A stretch of DNA of 64,000 nt from Macrostomum hystrix (taxonomy: Eukaryota > Animalia > Platyhelminthes). Positions within the stretch are counted from its first letter, which is position 1. Every line of letters begins with the position of its first letter. A program made the position numbers and the translations under genes. The notes below the pieces were generated by a model. That model was not told the origin of the DNA. It did not search any database and saw nothing but the letters and a program-made list of their open reading frames with translations. Where the stretch lies: the NCBI GenBank assembly GCA_950097015.1, contig CATNEN010000041.1, positions 2,914,001 to 2,978,000 on the forward strand. The letters run 5' to 3'. Shown one piece after another: positions 50,349 through 61,501 of this stretch.

Positions 50349-51044
50349 TGAAATATTTTAGATTCGTCTCTGGTCTATCAATGTCTAGTTTAATGAGTAT
50401 TCTTATTATCTTTACTAGTTGTCTTTGACAAGAGCCAATTGTACACGGCTATTTCTAAGTAATGAGGAGGCGTGGAAAATCGACTATCTTTTCCTGATGT
50501 TGCACTCACTTTCGGTCTTATACTCTCAATCGGATTATATTTTGTTGGTCTTACGGCAAACAGTTAAAAGATGACAACTCACTATAAATTATTACAATTA
50601 TTACAATCACTGAGAGAAGGTAATTCCCAAGCACAAGTATTTGATTGTTACTCACGGATCCTGAGTCAGTAACCAAGATATGGAAAAGGGTTCAAGGTAA
50701 GATCTGGGTGAAGTTTCCAGGAGTCACAATTCCAATTTCAATAAGGTATTCTTAATTATCTGGATCTTGCATGGGTTAGCCAGGGATAGCAAAGGCTAGC
50801 GACTAATAGATATCGGATCTAGCTAGGAGATTGAATAGCAAGCGAAGAAGGAACGGGCGAGCGGGGGCCGTCTTACTTTCTCTCAGTGCAAGAACTTTTA
50901 TACTCATCCGGCCAAAGGCTGCCATAGGGCAGGAGTCTTTAGGCTAATCCTAGAGCTCCTGCAAATGCATCCTCGCGCAGGAGAGCTGCATATTCTAATC
51001 GCGCCTAGATGTAAAAATCGCATAGTTTAAATTGTAACACTTCA
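50349..51044 (-). repeat. 5' LTR (696 bp)
   Basis: See 3' LTR; TATAAAA on minus strand at 50896-50902. Confidence 0.97.
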
Positions 51045-51169
51045 GTGCTGCGCATAGCAGCAGGCGGGCCGCTGCTGCCAGGCAGTCGCTCAGGAAGGCC
51101 TCCAGCTGGCTGGCAAGGCGGCCGGGCTCTGCCGCAAGTGCGCAGGGGTCCCGCAGCTCCTGTGGGTTT

Positions 51170-51355
51170 GGAGGATTCCGGTGTGCCGTGGCTTGCAGGG
51201 CAGAGGAGGTTCTGGGAGGATTCCGGTGTGCCGTGGCTTGCAGGGCGGAGGAGGTTCTAGGAGGATTCCGGTGTGCCGTGGCTTGCAGGGCGGAGGAGGT
51301 TCTGGGCGGATTCCGGTGTGTCGTGGCTTTCAGGGCGGAAAAGGTTCTGGGCGGG
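51170..51355. repeat. Intronic 45-bp repeat, 4 copies
   Basis: ggattccggtgtg at 51173, 51218, 51263, 51308. Confidence 0.9.
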
Positions 51356-51889
51356 ATCTAGGCGACTTGTCGTCCCAATAAAAGTATTTGGCAGGCCATG
51401 GCTCCCAGACCCAGTTGCAGCTCACGTCGATATGCCTGGCCAGCGCAGCCTCGGTGGCCTGGAGCTCCCTGGCCACGCGGGCGCTGCTTCCGGCCCGCCG
51501 CAGGTGCCGCTTCAGAGCTGCCCGGAAGGCTGGACAGGCGAGTGGCTGGGCCAGCATCAGCAGTTCGCGGGCCTCCTCAGCGCCGAGGCCGGGTGGCAGC
51601 GCAGAAGCGTAGCAAAAGTGCAGGAAGACGCGCAGCAGCTGCGGGTCCCGGCCCGACGGCTGCTGCAGCCAGGCGATGGCGGCATCATCGGCGATGAGGC
51701 GAATCACATCGCCGTGGCAGCCGTGCTCGCTGCCGTCAGAGCCGCGCAGAGTTAGGTCGCAGCGGAAGCGCTCCTCCAGCAGAGGCAGAAGGGACACCGC
51801 GCAATCGCTGTAGGCCGGCAGGCAGCGGCTCAGCTGAATGGGAAACCAGTTGCATCCGGCAGTTGAGAGAAATGTTCTGATTTGGGTTA

Positions 51890-54800
51890 ACAGCCAGTCC
51901 CATGACCAGGCCTGTGATAACAGCCAGTCCCATGACCAGGCCTGTGAGAACAGCCAGTCCCATGACCAGCCCTGTGATAACAGCCAGTCCCATGACCAGC
52001 CCAGCCGCAGTCCCAGCCCCAGTTCCAGCCCCAGCCTCAGTCCCAGTCCCAGCCGCAGTCCCAGCCCCAGTCCCAGCCCCAGCCTCAGTTCCAGCCCCAG
52101 TTCCAGCCCCAGCCTCAGGCCCAGCCCCAGCCTCAGTACAAGCCCCAGCCGCAGTCCCAGCCCCAGCCTCAGTCCCAGCCCCAGCCTCAGTCCCAGTCCC
52201 AGCCTCAGTCCCAGCCGCAGTCCCAGCCCCAGCCCCAGCCCCAGCCTCAGTCCCGGCCCCAGCCTCAGTCCCAGTCCCAGCCGCAGTCCCAGCCCCAGCC
52301 TCAGTCCCAGCCCCAGTTCCAGTCCCAGCCTCAGTTCGAGCCCCAGCCCAGCCGCAGTCCCAGCCCCAGCCTCAGTCCCAGCCCAAGCCTCAGTCCCAGC
52401 CCCAGTTCCAGTCCCAGCCGCAGTCCTTGTCCCAGCCCCAGCCTCAGTCCCAGCCCCAGCCTCAGTCCCAGCCGCAGTCCCAGCCCCAGCCTCAGTCCCA
52501 GCTCCAGCCTCAGTCCCAGCCCCAGTTCCAGTCCCAGCCGCAGTCCCAGCCCCAGCCTCAGTCCCAGCCCCAGCCTCAGTCCCAGCCCCAGCCTCAGTTC
52601 CAGCCCCAGCCTCAGTCCCAGCCCCAGCCTCAGTCCCAGCCTCAGCTCCAGCCCCAGCCTCAGTCCCAGCCCCAGCCTCAGTCCCAGCCTCAGTCCCAGC
52701 CCCAGCCTCAGTCCCAGCCCCAGCCTCAGTTCCAGCTCCAGCCTCAGTCCCAGCCGCAGTCCCAGCCCCAGCCTCAGTTCCAGCCCCAGCCTCAGTCCCA
52801 GTCCCAGCCGCAGTCCCAGGCTCAGTTCCAGCCCCAGCCTCAGTCCCAGCCCCAGCCTCAGTCCCAGCCCCAGTTCCAGTCCCAGCCCCAGCCTCAGTCC
52901 CAGCCCCAGTCCCAGTTCCAGTCCCAGCCTCAGTTCCAGCCCCAGCCTCAGTCCCAGTCCCAGCCGCAGTCCCAGCCTCAGTCCCAGTCTCAGTTCCAGC
53001 ACCAGCCTCAGTTCCAGTCCCAGCCTCAGTCCCAGCCTCAGTCCCAGCCCCAGTCCCAGCCGCAGTCCTAGTTCCAGCCCCAGCCGCAGTCCCAGTTCCA
53101 GCCCCAGCCGCAGTCCCAGTCCCAGTCCCAGCCCCAGCCTCAGTCCCAGTCCCAGCCTCAACTCCAGCCCCAGCCTCAGTCCCAGCCCCAGCCTCAGTCC
53201 CAGCCTCAGTCCCAGCCTCAGTCCCAGCCCCAGCCTCAGTCCCAGCCCCAGCCTCAGTTCCAGCCCCAGTTCCAGTCCCAGCCGCAGTCCCAGGCTCAGT
53301 TCCAGCCCCAGCCCCAGCCTCAGTCCCAGCCCCAGCCTCAGTCCCAGCCCCAGTTCCAGTCCCAGCCGCAGTCCCAGCCCCAGCCTCAGTCCCAGCCCCA
53401 GCCTCAGTCCCAGTTCCAGTCCCAGCCTCAGTTCCAGCCCCAGCCTCAGTCCCAGTCCCAGCCGCAGTCCCAGCCTCAGTCCCAGTCTCAGTTCCAGCCC
53501 CAGCCTCAGTTCCAGTCCCAGCCTCAGTCCCAGCCTCAGTCACAGCCCCAGCCTCAGTCCCAGCCGCAGTCCTAGTTCCAGCCCCAGCCGCAGTCCCAGT
53601 TCCAGCCCCAGCCGCAGTCCCAGTCCCAGTCCCAGCCCCAGCCGCAGTCCCAGTCCCAGCCTCAACTCCAGCCCCAGCCTCAGTCCCAGCCCCAGCCTCA
53701 GTCCCAGCCTCAGTCCCAGCCTCAGTCCCAGCCCCAGCCTCAGTCCCAGCCCCAGCCTCAGTTCCAGCCCCAGTTCCAGTCCCAGCCGCAGTCCCAGGCT
53801 CAGTTCCAGCCCCTGCCCCAGCCTCAGTCCCAGCCCCAGTCCCAGCCCCAGTTGCAGTTCCAGTCCCAGCCGCAGTCCCAGCCCCAGCCTCAGTCCCAGC
53901 CCCAGCCTCAGTCCCAGTTCCAGTCCCAGCCTCAGTTCCAGCCCCAGCCTCAGTCCCAGTCCCAGCCGCAGTCCCAGCCTCAGTCCCAGTCTCAGTTCCA
54001 GCCCCAGCCTCAGTTCCAGTCCCAGCCTCAGTCCCAGCCTCAGTCCCAGCCTCAGTCCCAGCCCCAGCCTCAGTCCCAGCCGCAGTCCTTGTTCCAGCCC
54101 CAGCCGCAGTCCCAGTCCCAGCCCCAGCCGCAGCTCCAGCCCCAGCCTCAGTCCCAGCCCCAGCCTCAGTCCAAGCCTCAGTCCCAGCCCCAGCCTCAGT
54201 CCCAGCCCCAGCCTCAGTTCCAGCTCCAGCCTCAGTCCCAGACACAGTCTCAGCCCCAGCCTCAGTTCCAGCCCCAGCCTCAGTCCCAGTCCCAGCCGCA
54301 GTCCCAGGCTCAGTTCCAGCCCCTGCCCCAGCCTCAGTCCCAGCCCCAGCCCCAGTTCCAGTCCCAGCCGCAGTCCCAGCCCCAGCCTCAGTCCCAGCCC
54401 CAGCCTCAGTCCCAGTTCCAGTCCCAGCCTCAGTTCCAGCCCCAGCCTCAGTCCCAGTCCCAGCCTCAGTCCCAGTCTCAGTTCCAGCCCCAGCCTCAGT
54501 TCCAGTCCCAGCCTCAGTCCCAGCCTCAGTCCCAGCCCCAGCCTCAGTCCCAGCCGCAGTCCCAGTTCCAGCCCCAGGCTCAGTTCCAGCCCCAGCCCCA
54601 GCCGCAGTCCCAGTCCCAGACGCAGTCCCAGCCTCAGTCCCAGCCCCAGCCTCAGTCCCAGCCCCAGCCTCAGTTCCAGCTCCAGCCTCAGTCCCAGCCC
54701 CAGCCTCAGTTCCAGCCCCAGCCTCAGTCCCAGTCCCAGCCGCAGTCCCAGGCTCAGTTCCAGCCCCAGCCCCAGCCTCAGTCACAGCCCCAGCCCCAGT

Positions 54801-55605
54801 TCCAGTCCCAGCCGCAGTCCCAGCCCCAGCCTCAGTTCCAGCCCCAGTTCCAGTCCCAGCCGCAGTCCCAGGCTCAGTTCCAGCCCCTGCCCCAGCCTCA
54901 GTCCCAGCCCCAGCCTCAGTCCCAGCCCCAGTTCCAGTCCCAGCCCCAGCCTCAGTCCCAGCCCCAGCCTCAGTCCCAGTTCCAGTCCCAGCCCCAGCCT
55001 CAGTCCCAGTCCCAGCCGCAGTCCCAGCCTCAGTCCCAGTCTCAGTTCCAGCCCCAGCCTCAGTTCCAGTCCCAGCCTCAGTCCCAGCCTCAGTCCCAGC
55101 CTCAGTCCCAGCCCCAGCCTCAGTCCCAGCCCCAGCCTCAGTTCCAGCTCCAGCCTCAGTCCCAGCCGCAGTCCCAGCCCCAGCCTCAGTTCCAGCCCCA
55201 GCCTCAGTCCCAGTCCCAGCCGCAGTCCCAGGCTCAGTTCCAGCCCCAGCCCCAGCCTCAGTCCCAGTCCCAGCCGCAGTCCCAGGCTCAGTTCCAGCCC
55301 CTGCCCCAGCCTCAGTCCCAGCCCCAGCCTCAGTCCCAGCCCCAGTTCCAGTCCCAGCCGCAGTCCCAGCCCCAGCCTCAGTCCCAGCCCCAGCCTCAGT
55401 CCCAGTTCCAGTCCCAGCCTCAGTTCCAGCCCCAGCCTCAGTCCCAGTCCCAGCCTCAGTCCCAGTCTCAGTTCCAGCCCCAGCCTCAGTTCCAGTCCCA
55501 GCCTCAGTCCCAGCCTCAGTCCCAGCCCCAGCCGCAGTCCCAGTTCCAGCCCCAGGCTCAGTTCCAGCCCCAGCCCCAGCCGCAGTCCCAGTCCCAGCCG
55601 CAGTC
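51890..55605. repeat. 3.7-kb intronic hexamer satellite (cagccc/cagtcc/cagttc/cagcct) with ~500-bp higher-order structure
   Basis: Fills the intron between BTB-gene exons; the long stop-free ORFs are repeat translations. Confidence 0.96.
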
Positions 55606-56624
55606 AGACCTTGCTAATCTGCAGGGAGCCGAACTGAAAGCGCAGTTTGCGCGGCACCTGCCGGCCGGACTTTTTCTCGCAGACGAACTTGGCTGGCGCG
55701 GACGCCTCCCGGTCGGCGCTGGCGAAGATGGCAGCGAATTTGGCGCGGCCGCGCACCACCTCCGGGCCAGCCTCCTCCAGGTCTAGCTGAGTCAGCTCGA
55801 ACAGCCGGCCCAGCTCGGATTCGGCCGGCGAAATCGCAGCGCCACCGGTGACTTTGCTGTCAGCGGAAGGCGGAAACCATTGCACGGACCAGCCAGAGGC
55901 AGACTCGCGGAAGCTCACGCGCCAGTCCGGGTCCCTCAGGTGCCTGTCGGTGCGGAGGCTTCAGCTGCAGTTTCCTTGGGCAAACTAAACATAATTCTAG
56001 TTGGACGAAGCAAGAAAAATTCAAGCGATTGTTGATTTAAAAAATTCAGAGGCTCTTGAGCATTGGCAATGATGCAACAGATTTGCACATCTGGTCCCAG
56101 ATTTTTTTTGTTCCTTTGACATCACTAGAAAATATAGACTTACTCAAAATGTTGATGGCCACTTTTTGCTTCAGTGCTTACAAATTCTTCCTTGAATTTA
56201 AATTTTGTTATCTGCAAAATAAAAAATGCTTGTTTAATGCCTCTCTGACTATATTGACAAAGTAAGATGCTCAAAGCACAGTTTTGAACTTACTTCCCAA
56301 AGACCATCCAATTGTTTGATGAATTCTTGAAACTTTTTATTACTCATTTGGTTGCTGAAAATACAATGAATATTGGTAAGCTATCAATAAAACACAAAGG
56401 AAAAGTATTAGTAAAGGAAAAGCTCATATTTTTCTGCCTTATAGACATGATAATTAAAATCATACAAGTATTTTTTACTCAGAAAACTATTAGTCTGTCT
56501 AGAGGATATGATGCTACAAAAATACTGAGCTGCAAAAACCAATATGGAATATGATTGGCCTACACTTAAAATTACAGTTGTTCTAAATGTAAATTAATAT
56601 GCTGAAAATTTATTTGCTACAGCA

Positions 56625-57153
56625 CCATAGTCCGGATCATGTAGTGCATGCCAGAATTTTCTGGCGTGCATTTGTTTTCAGCTGGCATGTATGGCGTGCA
56701 TTGGTATATATTTTAAGGGTTGGCGTACACTTTGGCATGCAAGGCGTGCATGGCAATTGTGAAGTGTGCAATCGTATATTGCATTTAAAAAGAGATCAAA
56801 TATGTGTTTTATGTATCTGAATGTACAATAACAAATATCAAACAATTATTAAATGAACTTTGCATGACTAAAACAAAATCTTCTGTTATCTGTAAAAATG
56901 TTTTTAAATTTTGTAAATTGGACTATAAATACTATAAAAAAATAAATTGGTCTATTCAATATTGCTTTTTGTTAAACACAAAATGGAAGCCAGTTTCTCT
57001 ATTTAAAGCAAAAAATGTGTTACATCTTTTTTATACAAATTATATGATGTACCAGGATGGCGTGCACTGGTGTGCAATATGAAAAACTCAGCATCCTTAG
57101 TGTTCAAACAATTATTTTTTTCTCGTGTGCAGCCAACATGATCCAGACTATGG
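56625..57153. mobile_element. 529-bp MITE with 18-bp TIRs and 8-bp TSD (hAT- or P-like superfamily)
   Basis: ccatagtccggatcatgt (56625-56642) and acatgatccagactatgg (57136-57153), 1 mismatch; CTACAGCA duplicated at 56617-56624 and 57154-57161; subterminal ggcgtgca motifs. Confidence 0.85.
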
Positions 57154-58634
57154 CTACAGCATTATTACATAGCAATTAGTTATGTATATATTTAAAATAT
57201 GAATTAGTAATTTTTAATTAACTAATATATTTCTTTTAAAACATACATAAATGGGTGTAAAAGTTAAGTTCTAATTTATTCTCTAATAATGATTAAAATT
57301 CAATGTTAGATTTAAAAAGTAAATATATATATGCAAATTCAAATGAGCTATCAAGGCTACATGGTCTTTATTCATAGCTTGATACAGTAAATCTATATTT
57401 AAAACCAATGCTAATAAAATAAAAAATGATTAGATGGAAAAAGCAGCAGCCCTGGTCCTCACGACTCACTCAGTCCAGACTCCACAGAACTCGCAACTGT
57501 AGAGCAAGATATAAGAGCAGAATTCTTATAAAACTATATATATATAAATAGAACTATCAAGTAAAAAGTATTTAAATTACTTTAATTAATAAACGTGATG
57601 CTGCTCGTCAAAGTTCCATTCCAACCATATTAGTCAGTTATGCTCTATCATGTTAAGTTTTCTAGAAGAAAATAATAAAATAAGAATATTAAATTAACTC
57701 AGTTATTTAGTTTAGCAGCTTGCACGCATCCATGATAATTATGTTAAATGTGTTTACTTTCACGAATATAAGATTTTAACTGTTATACTTTGTTGAAGAA
57801 ATGACCTACTCTACACAGATTACGGAATTTTTCTTTCGAAAGTCTGCTTAATTTCCTGGGAAATTTAATTCGATCAAATTTAGATGTTATTAGAAACACA
57901 AAAGTTAACAAAGTCCGTCAAGCCCTTAAAACGATCATTGACCAATGCATTTAAAACAGAGCTAAAACATATTCAGATTTTTTCAAATTACAGGCTTTTG
58001 TACGACTTAAATACATTATCTGCTGCGACACACGTTTACTTGTGGCGACTTTAATGCGACAATGTAATAACGATTTTTTATATTAGTAATGTTTCCTAAG
58101 AATGGTCACAGTATAACGGAGTGAATAGAAATAATGCATGACATCGAATGAATAATATTAAAGGCAGACAAGACACGTCAAGCGTTTAATACATAAAACC
58201 CATTAGATCATACCATTAAACCACTTTTCTAGTAGATCTCGATGTAAAGTTATCATTCGCTACTAAATGCTTCAGGCGGCGAAGATTTTTACTTCTTTTA
58301 GTCGTCAAAAAATCATTGCGGCTTATAACTGGTTTATAAACGTTTTTTAAGCTCATAAACCCGTTTGACAAGCGATTCACATGAAAGCTTTCGCCCTTTA
58401 AAAATTCTGATAGAACGCAAGTATTTATTTTTTAAACAGTTTTACCGAGAGTATCTGACATACGTCGTCTGCCCCCAAGCTGTTCTGCCGGATAGACCCA
58501 AGAGAATGCGCATAAGCGAAACGCACCTGATCTTGGCTCTTGACCCTGAACCTGGCAACGAAAGATTCTGCCCGACTCCTATTCAATCAAATAGGTCCGA
58601 TAGAAGGCTCTTAGAAGGAAGAAGGCACTATACA

Positions 58635-58644
58635 ACTACTACTG

Positions 58645-58740
<96 letters not shown>

Positions 58741-58741
58741 A
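58635..58741. repeat. (ACT)n microsatellite
   Basis: About 35 trinucleotide units. Confidence 0.97.
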
Positions 58742-59385
58742 GTCAACTAGTTTTTTATAACGTGAAAAAGGTACATAAAAATAAAATTAACAATGATATT
58801 TTGCATAAAAAACGTTTACCGCAAAAACACTTTGAGTGCTGGTGGCTGCAGATAAAGTTGCAGCTATAGCTGAATGTAACGCGTTTCGGCTTGCTCGACG
58901 TTGCCCTGCTGTCCATGCAGCATACGACAGTTATGATCATGAGTAAAGACATAAGGAGGCGTAGAATATATAATCCTATGTTAGGTGCGAACACAGCCAC
59001 CAATGGAGTCTCTCTTTGATCAAAGTACATTCGAGTAGGAGCTCTTAGCGCGACACCCACCGAAGTCATGCACCGTCAAAAAATCCCGACTGTCAAACGC
59101 TGAAGCGCCTAGGCTGCATTCACAGGCTATTGAGTAGCTTAACTAAGTAAGGGACAGCGCTAATTGTCTAGTCAAGCAATCTTGACCGATTCCTTCTTGC
59201 CACAAATCTGAACAAACAGATTCTTTCAGATAAGTGAAAATTACAAAAAATTTTACATTGTCAGCGAATGTGTTAAGCAAACAAATTTCGTTTCCTTCAA
59301 TCAAAGCCATCAACTTAACTGGCCATTAGATCGCCGGGTAGAACACTCAGGCACACCTGTCAGCTGTTCAATGCAGTTCAATCAG

Positions 59386-59391
59386 TATAAA
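59386..59391 (+). promoter_or_regulatory. TATA box of Gly-rich protein gene
   Basis: TATAAA about 70 nt upstream of the ATG. Confidence 0.6.
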
Positions 59392-59462
59392 GCCACATGT
59401 CTTAGGTGGCAAGTGTTAAGTTACTCAGCGCTTCCGCACTAATTGAGCTTGAAGTCGCAATC

Positions 59463-60599
59463 ATGAGCCTCAAGCTCTGCATCGGAGTTCTGCTGCTGGC
59501 AACAGCTAGCAACGGACTCAAGCTGGCTAGACACGGCTACGGCTCTAGCGGCTACGGAGGCTACGGACCTGATGGCTACGGATCTGGTGGCTACGGATCT
59601 GGAGGCTACGGATCTGGTGGCTACGGAGGTGGCTATGGATCTGGAGGCTACGGAGGTGGCTACGGATCTGGTGGCTACGGGTCTGGTGGCTACGGATCTG
59701 GTGGCAACGGATCTGGAGGCTACGGAGGCGGCTACGGATCTGGTGGCTACGGATCTGGAGGCTACGGATCTGGTGGCTACGGATCTGGTGGCTACGGATC
59801 TGGAGGCTACGGATCTGGTGGCTACGGATCTGGAGGCTACGGATCTGGTGGCTACGGATCTGGAGGCTACGGAGGCGGCTACGGATCTGGTGGCTACGGA
59901 TCTGGAGGCTACGGATCTGGTGGCTACGGATCTGGTGGCTATGGAGGCGGCTACGGATCTGGTGGCTACGGATCTGGAGGCTACGGATCTGGTGGCTACG
60001 GATCTGGAGGCTACGGATCTGGTGGCTACGGATCTGGAGGCTACGGATCTGGTGGCTACGGAGGTGGCTATGGATCTGGAGGCTACGGAGGTGGCTACGG
60101 ATCTGGTGGCTACGGGTCTGGTGGCTACGGATCTGGTGGCAACGGATCTGGAGGCTACGGAGGCGGCTACGGATCTGGTGGCTACGGATCTGGAGGCTAC
60201 GGATCTGGTGGCTACGGATCTGGAGGCTACGGAGGCGGCTACGGATCTGGTGGCTATGGATCTGGAGGCTACGGATCTGGTGGCTACGGATCTGGTGGCT
60301 ACGGATCTGGTGGCTACGGATCTGGAGGCTACGGATCTGGTGGCTACGGATCTGGTGGTTACGGGTCTGGTGGCTACGGATCTGGTGGCTACGGATCTGG
60401 TGGCTACGGAGGTGGCTATGGATCTGGAGGCTACGGAGGTGGCTACGGATCTGGAGGCTACGGAGGTGGCTACGTATCTGGAGGCTACGGAGGTGGCTAC
60501 GGATCTGGATGCTACGGAGGTGGCTACGGATCTGGAGGCTACGGAGGTGGCTACGGATCTGGAGGCTACGGAGGTGGCTACGGATCTGGAGGCTTTTAA
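59463..60599 (+). CDS. Secreted Gly/Tyr/Ser-rich structural protein (GYGSG/GYGG repeats), 378 aa, intronless
   Basis: Signal-peptide-like MSLKLCIGVLLLATASNG; unique-to-repeat transition in frame; synonymous variation at third positions; clean stop; TATA box. Confidence 0.85.
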   Translation: MSLKLCIGVLLLATASNGLKLARHGYGSSGYGGYGPDGYGSGGYGSGGYGSGGYGGGYGSGGYGGGYGSGGYGSGGYGSGGNGSGGYGGGYGSGGYGSGGYGSGGYGSGGYGSGGYGSGGYGSGGYGSGGYGSGGYGGGYGSGGYGSGGYGSGGYGSGGYGGGYGSGGYGSGGYGSGGYGSGGYGSGGYGSGGYGSGGYGGGYGSGGYGGGYGSGGYGSGGYGSGGNGSGGYGGGYGSGGYGSGGYGSGGYGSGGYGGGYGSGGYGSGGYGSGGYGSGGYGSGGYGSGGYGSGGYGSGGYGSGGYGSGGYGSGGYGGGYGSGGYGGGYGSGGYGGGYVSGGYGGGYGSGCYGGGYGSGGYGGGYGSGGYGGGYGSGGF

Positions 60600-61501
60600 G
60601 GCCAAGGTTCAGGTGCTATTATTTAGCATTGTAGCAGAAAGCGTGAGAGTTATAGCACAATATAATCGGAAACGTGGAGTAAGCCACCTGAGGTTTTTGG
60701 CTGATGTGTGCATGTCAAGAGACGTTTATTGTGCGTGTTTAGTGCATTATCAATTTCAAAGGTTCTTAACGAAACTGAAAGTATTCTCGAGGTCTTCAGA
60801 GGAAAAGGAAGATAGATTAACACCGTAGACATATCTGTAACAGCTTGCGCTTGTGGGAGAACGTTGACACTTGAAAAGTCTGTGGTTGAAACCACAGCAA
60901 ACGAACTTGTGGGGAAAAGTACAACAGAGAGGGATTGATGGACCCACAACACAAAACGAGACCAACGCTAGAATTTGGCCTCATAGCACAACATTGGCAT
61001 AGTAAAACTTGAGCGGTTTTCGGTTGTGCTGAAAACCTTCAGTTTATCGTAAGTTGATTTCGTTTGCCAGGAGGCTACTAATTACAAAGGCAAATGTTAC
61101 CAACCCACAGCTGATCAGGTTGGGACCTGTGCTGCGGCAGTGCTTTGAAAACAGAAAACACTCGCTTTGAATCGATAGCTGGACTCGCATGAGCTCATGG
61201 GTAACAGATAGTTCATGGCAGGCCTGTTCGGGCAGAGGGCACTATTCAAATCAGACATTTGAGCCGGCCAGACAGCTCGGAGAAAGCCGACAAAGCTAGG
61301 CTGTCTGGCGGTGTCCCTCAGTACTCCTGCCCTTCATTTTATACTAGGTTTCTTTATTTATTAAACACATGTAGGTCAGGCGGAGTCAGCAGTTATGCGG
61401 TCAAGACAGCCTGCGGCAATCAAGCCCTAGATCGCCGCATAGAACCGGTGCAGTCAAAGGTGAGAGCCGCAGTCTCCAAGGACTCGGGCAGCTCGCAGCT
61501 G

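Larger units (their letters stand above)
42238..51044 (-). mobile_element. Non-autonomous Ty3/Gypsy-like LTR retroelement, 8807 bp, gag + protease only
   Basis: Direct terminal repeats of 696 bp with TG...CA termini, 4-bp TSD GTGC (42234-42237, 51045-51048), tRNA PBS, PPT, CCHC gag and DSG protease ORFs. Confidence 0.96.
40184..55943 (-). pseudogene. Tandem BTB/POZ + BACK-like protein with C-terminal UBA-like helix bundle; this copy is disrupted by an LTR insertion in exon C; 5' end unresolved
   Basis: Exons ~55943-55610, 51833-51426, 51159-[insertion]-41921, 41824-41308, 41188-40916, 40763-40566, 40426-40184 join in consistent phase with GT-AG sites. BTB1: CDLTLRGSDGSEHGCH...LRVFLHFCY. BTB2: PDLLVTTCDERSFRVHSLVLAGRCPWIRRVLQSGMCE...LLEFLYTG. 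BACK-like: LLLLADRFELERLSKIC. Tail: FRAIVG...LLVTADGDLNRALNYY. Confidence 0.85.

Noticed and set aside
51838-55786. 1259-aa PASV and 644-aa QP ORFs as mucin-like or prion-like genes
   Set aside because: They translate an intronic hexamer satellite that is stop-free in several frames; there is no unique domain or signal peptide
59439-60828. Alternative-frame ORFs (ATRSV, ATDLV repeats) over the Gly-rich gene
   Set aside because: Shadow frames; only the GYGSG frame has a signal peptide and third-position variation
61267-61310. 9-bp inverted repeat hairpin as a pre-miRNA or SECIS
   Set aside because: Too short and imperfect; no SECIS core or in-frame UGA in the adjacent gene
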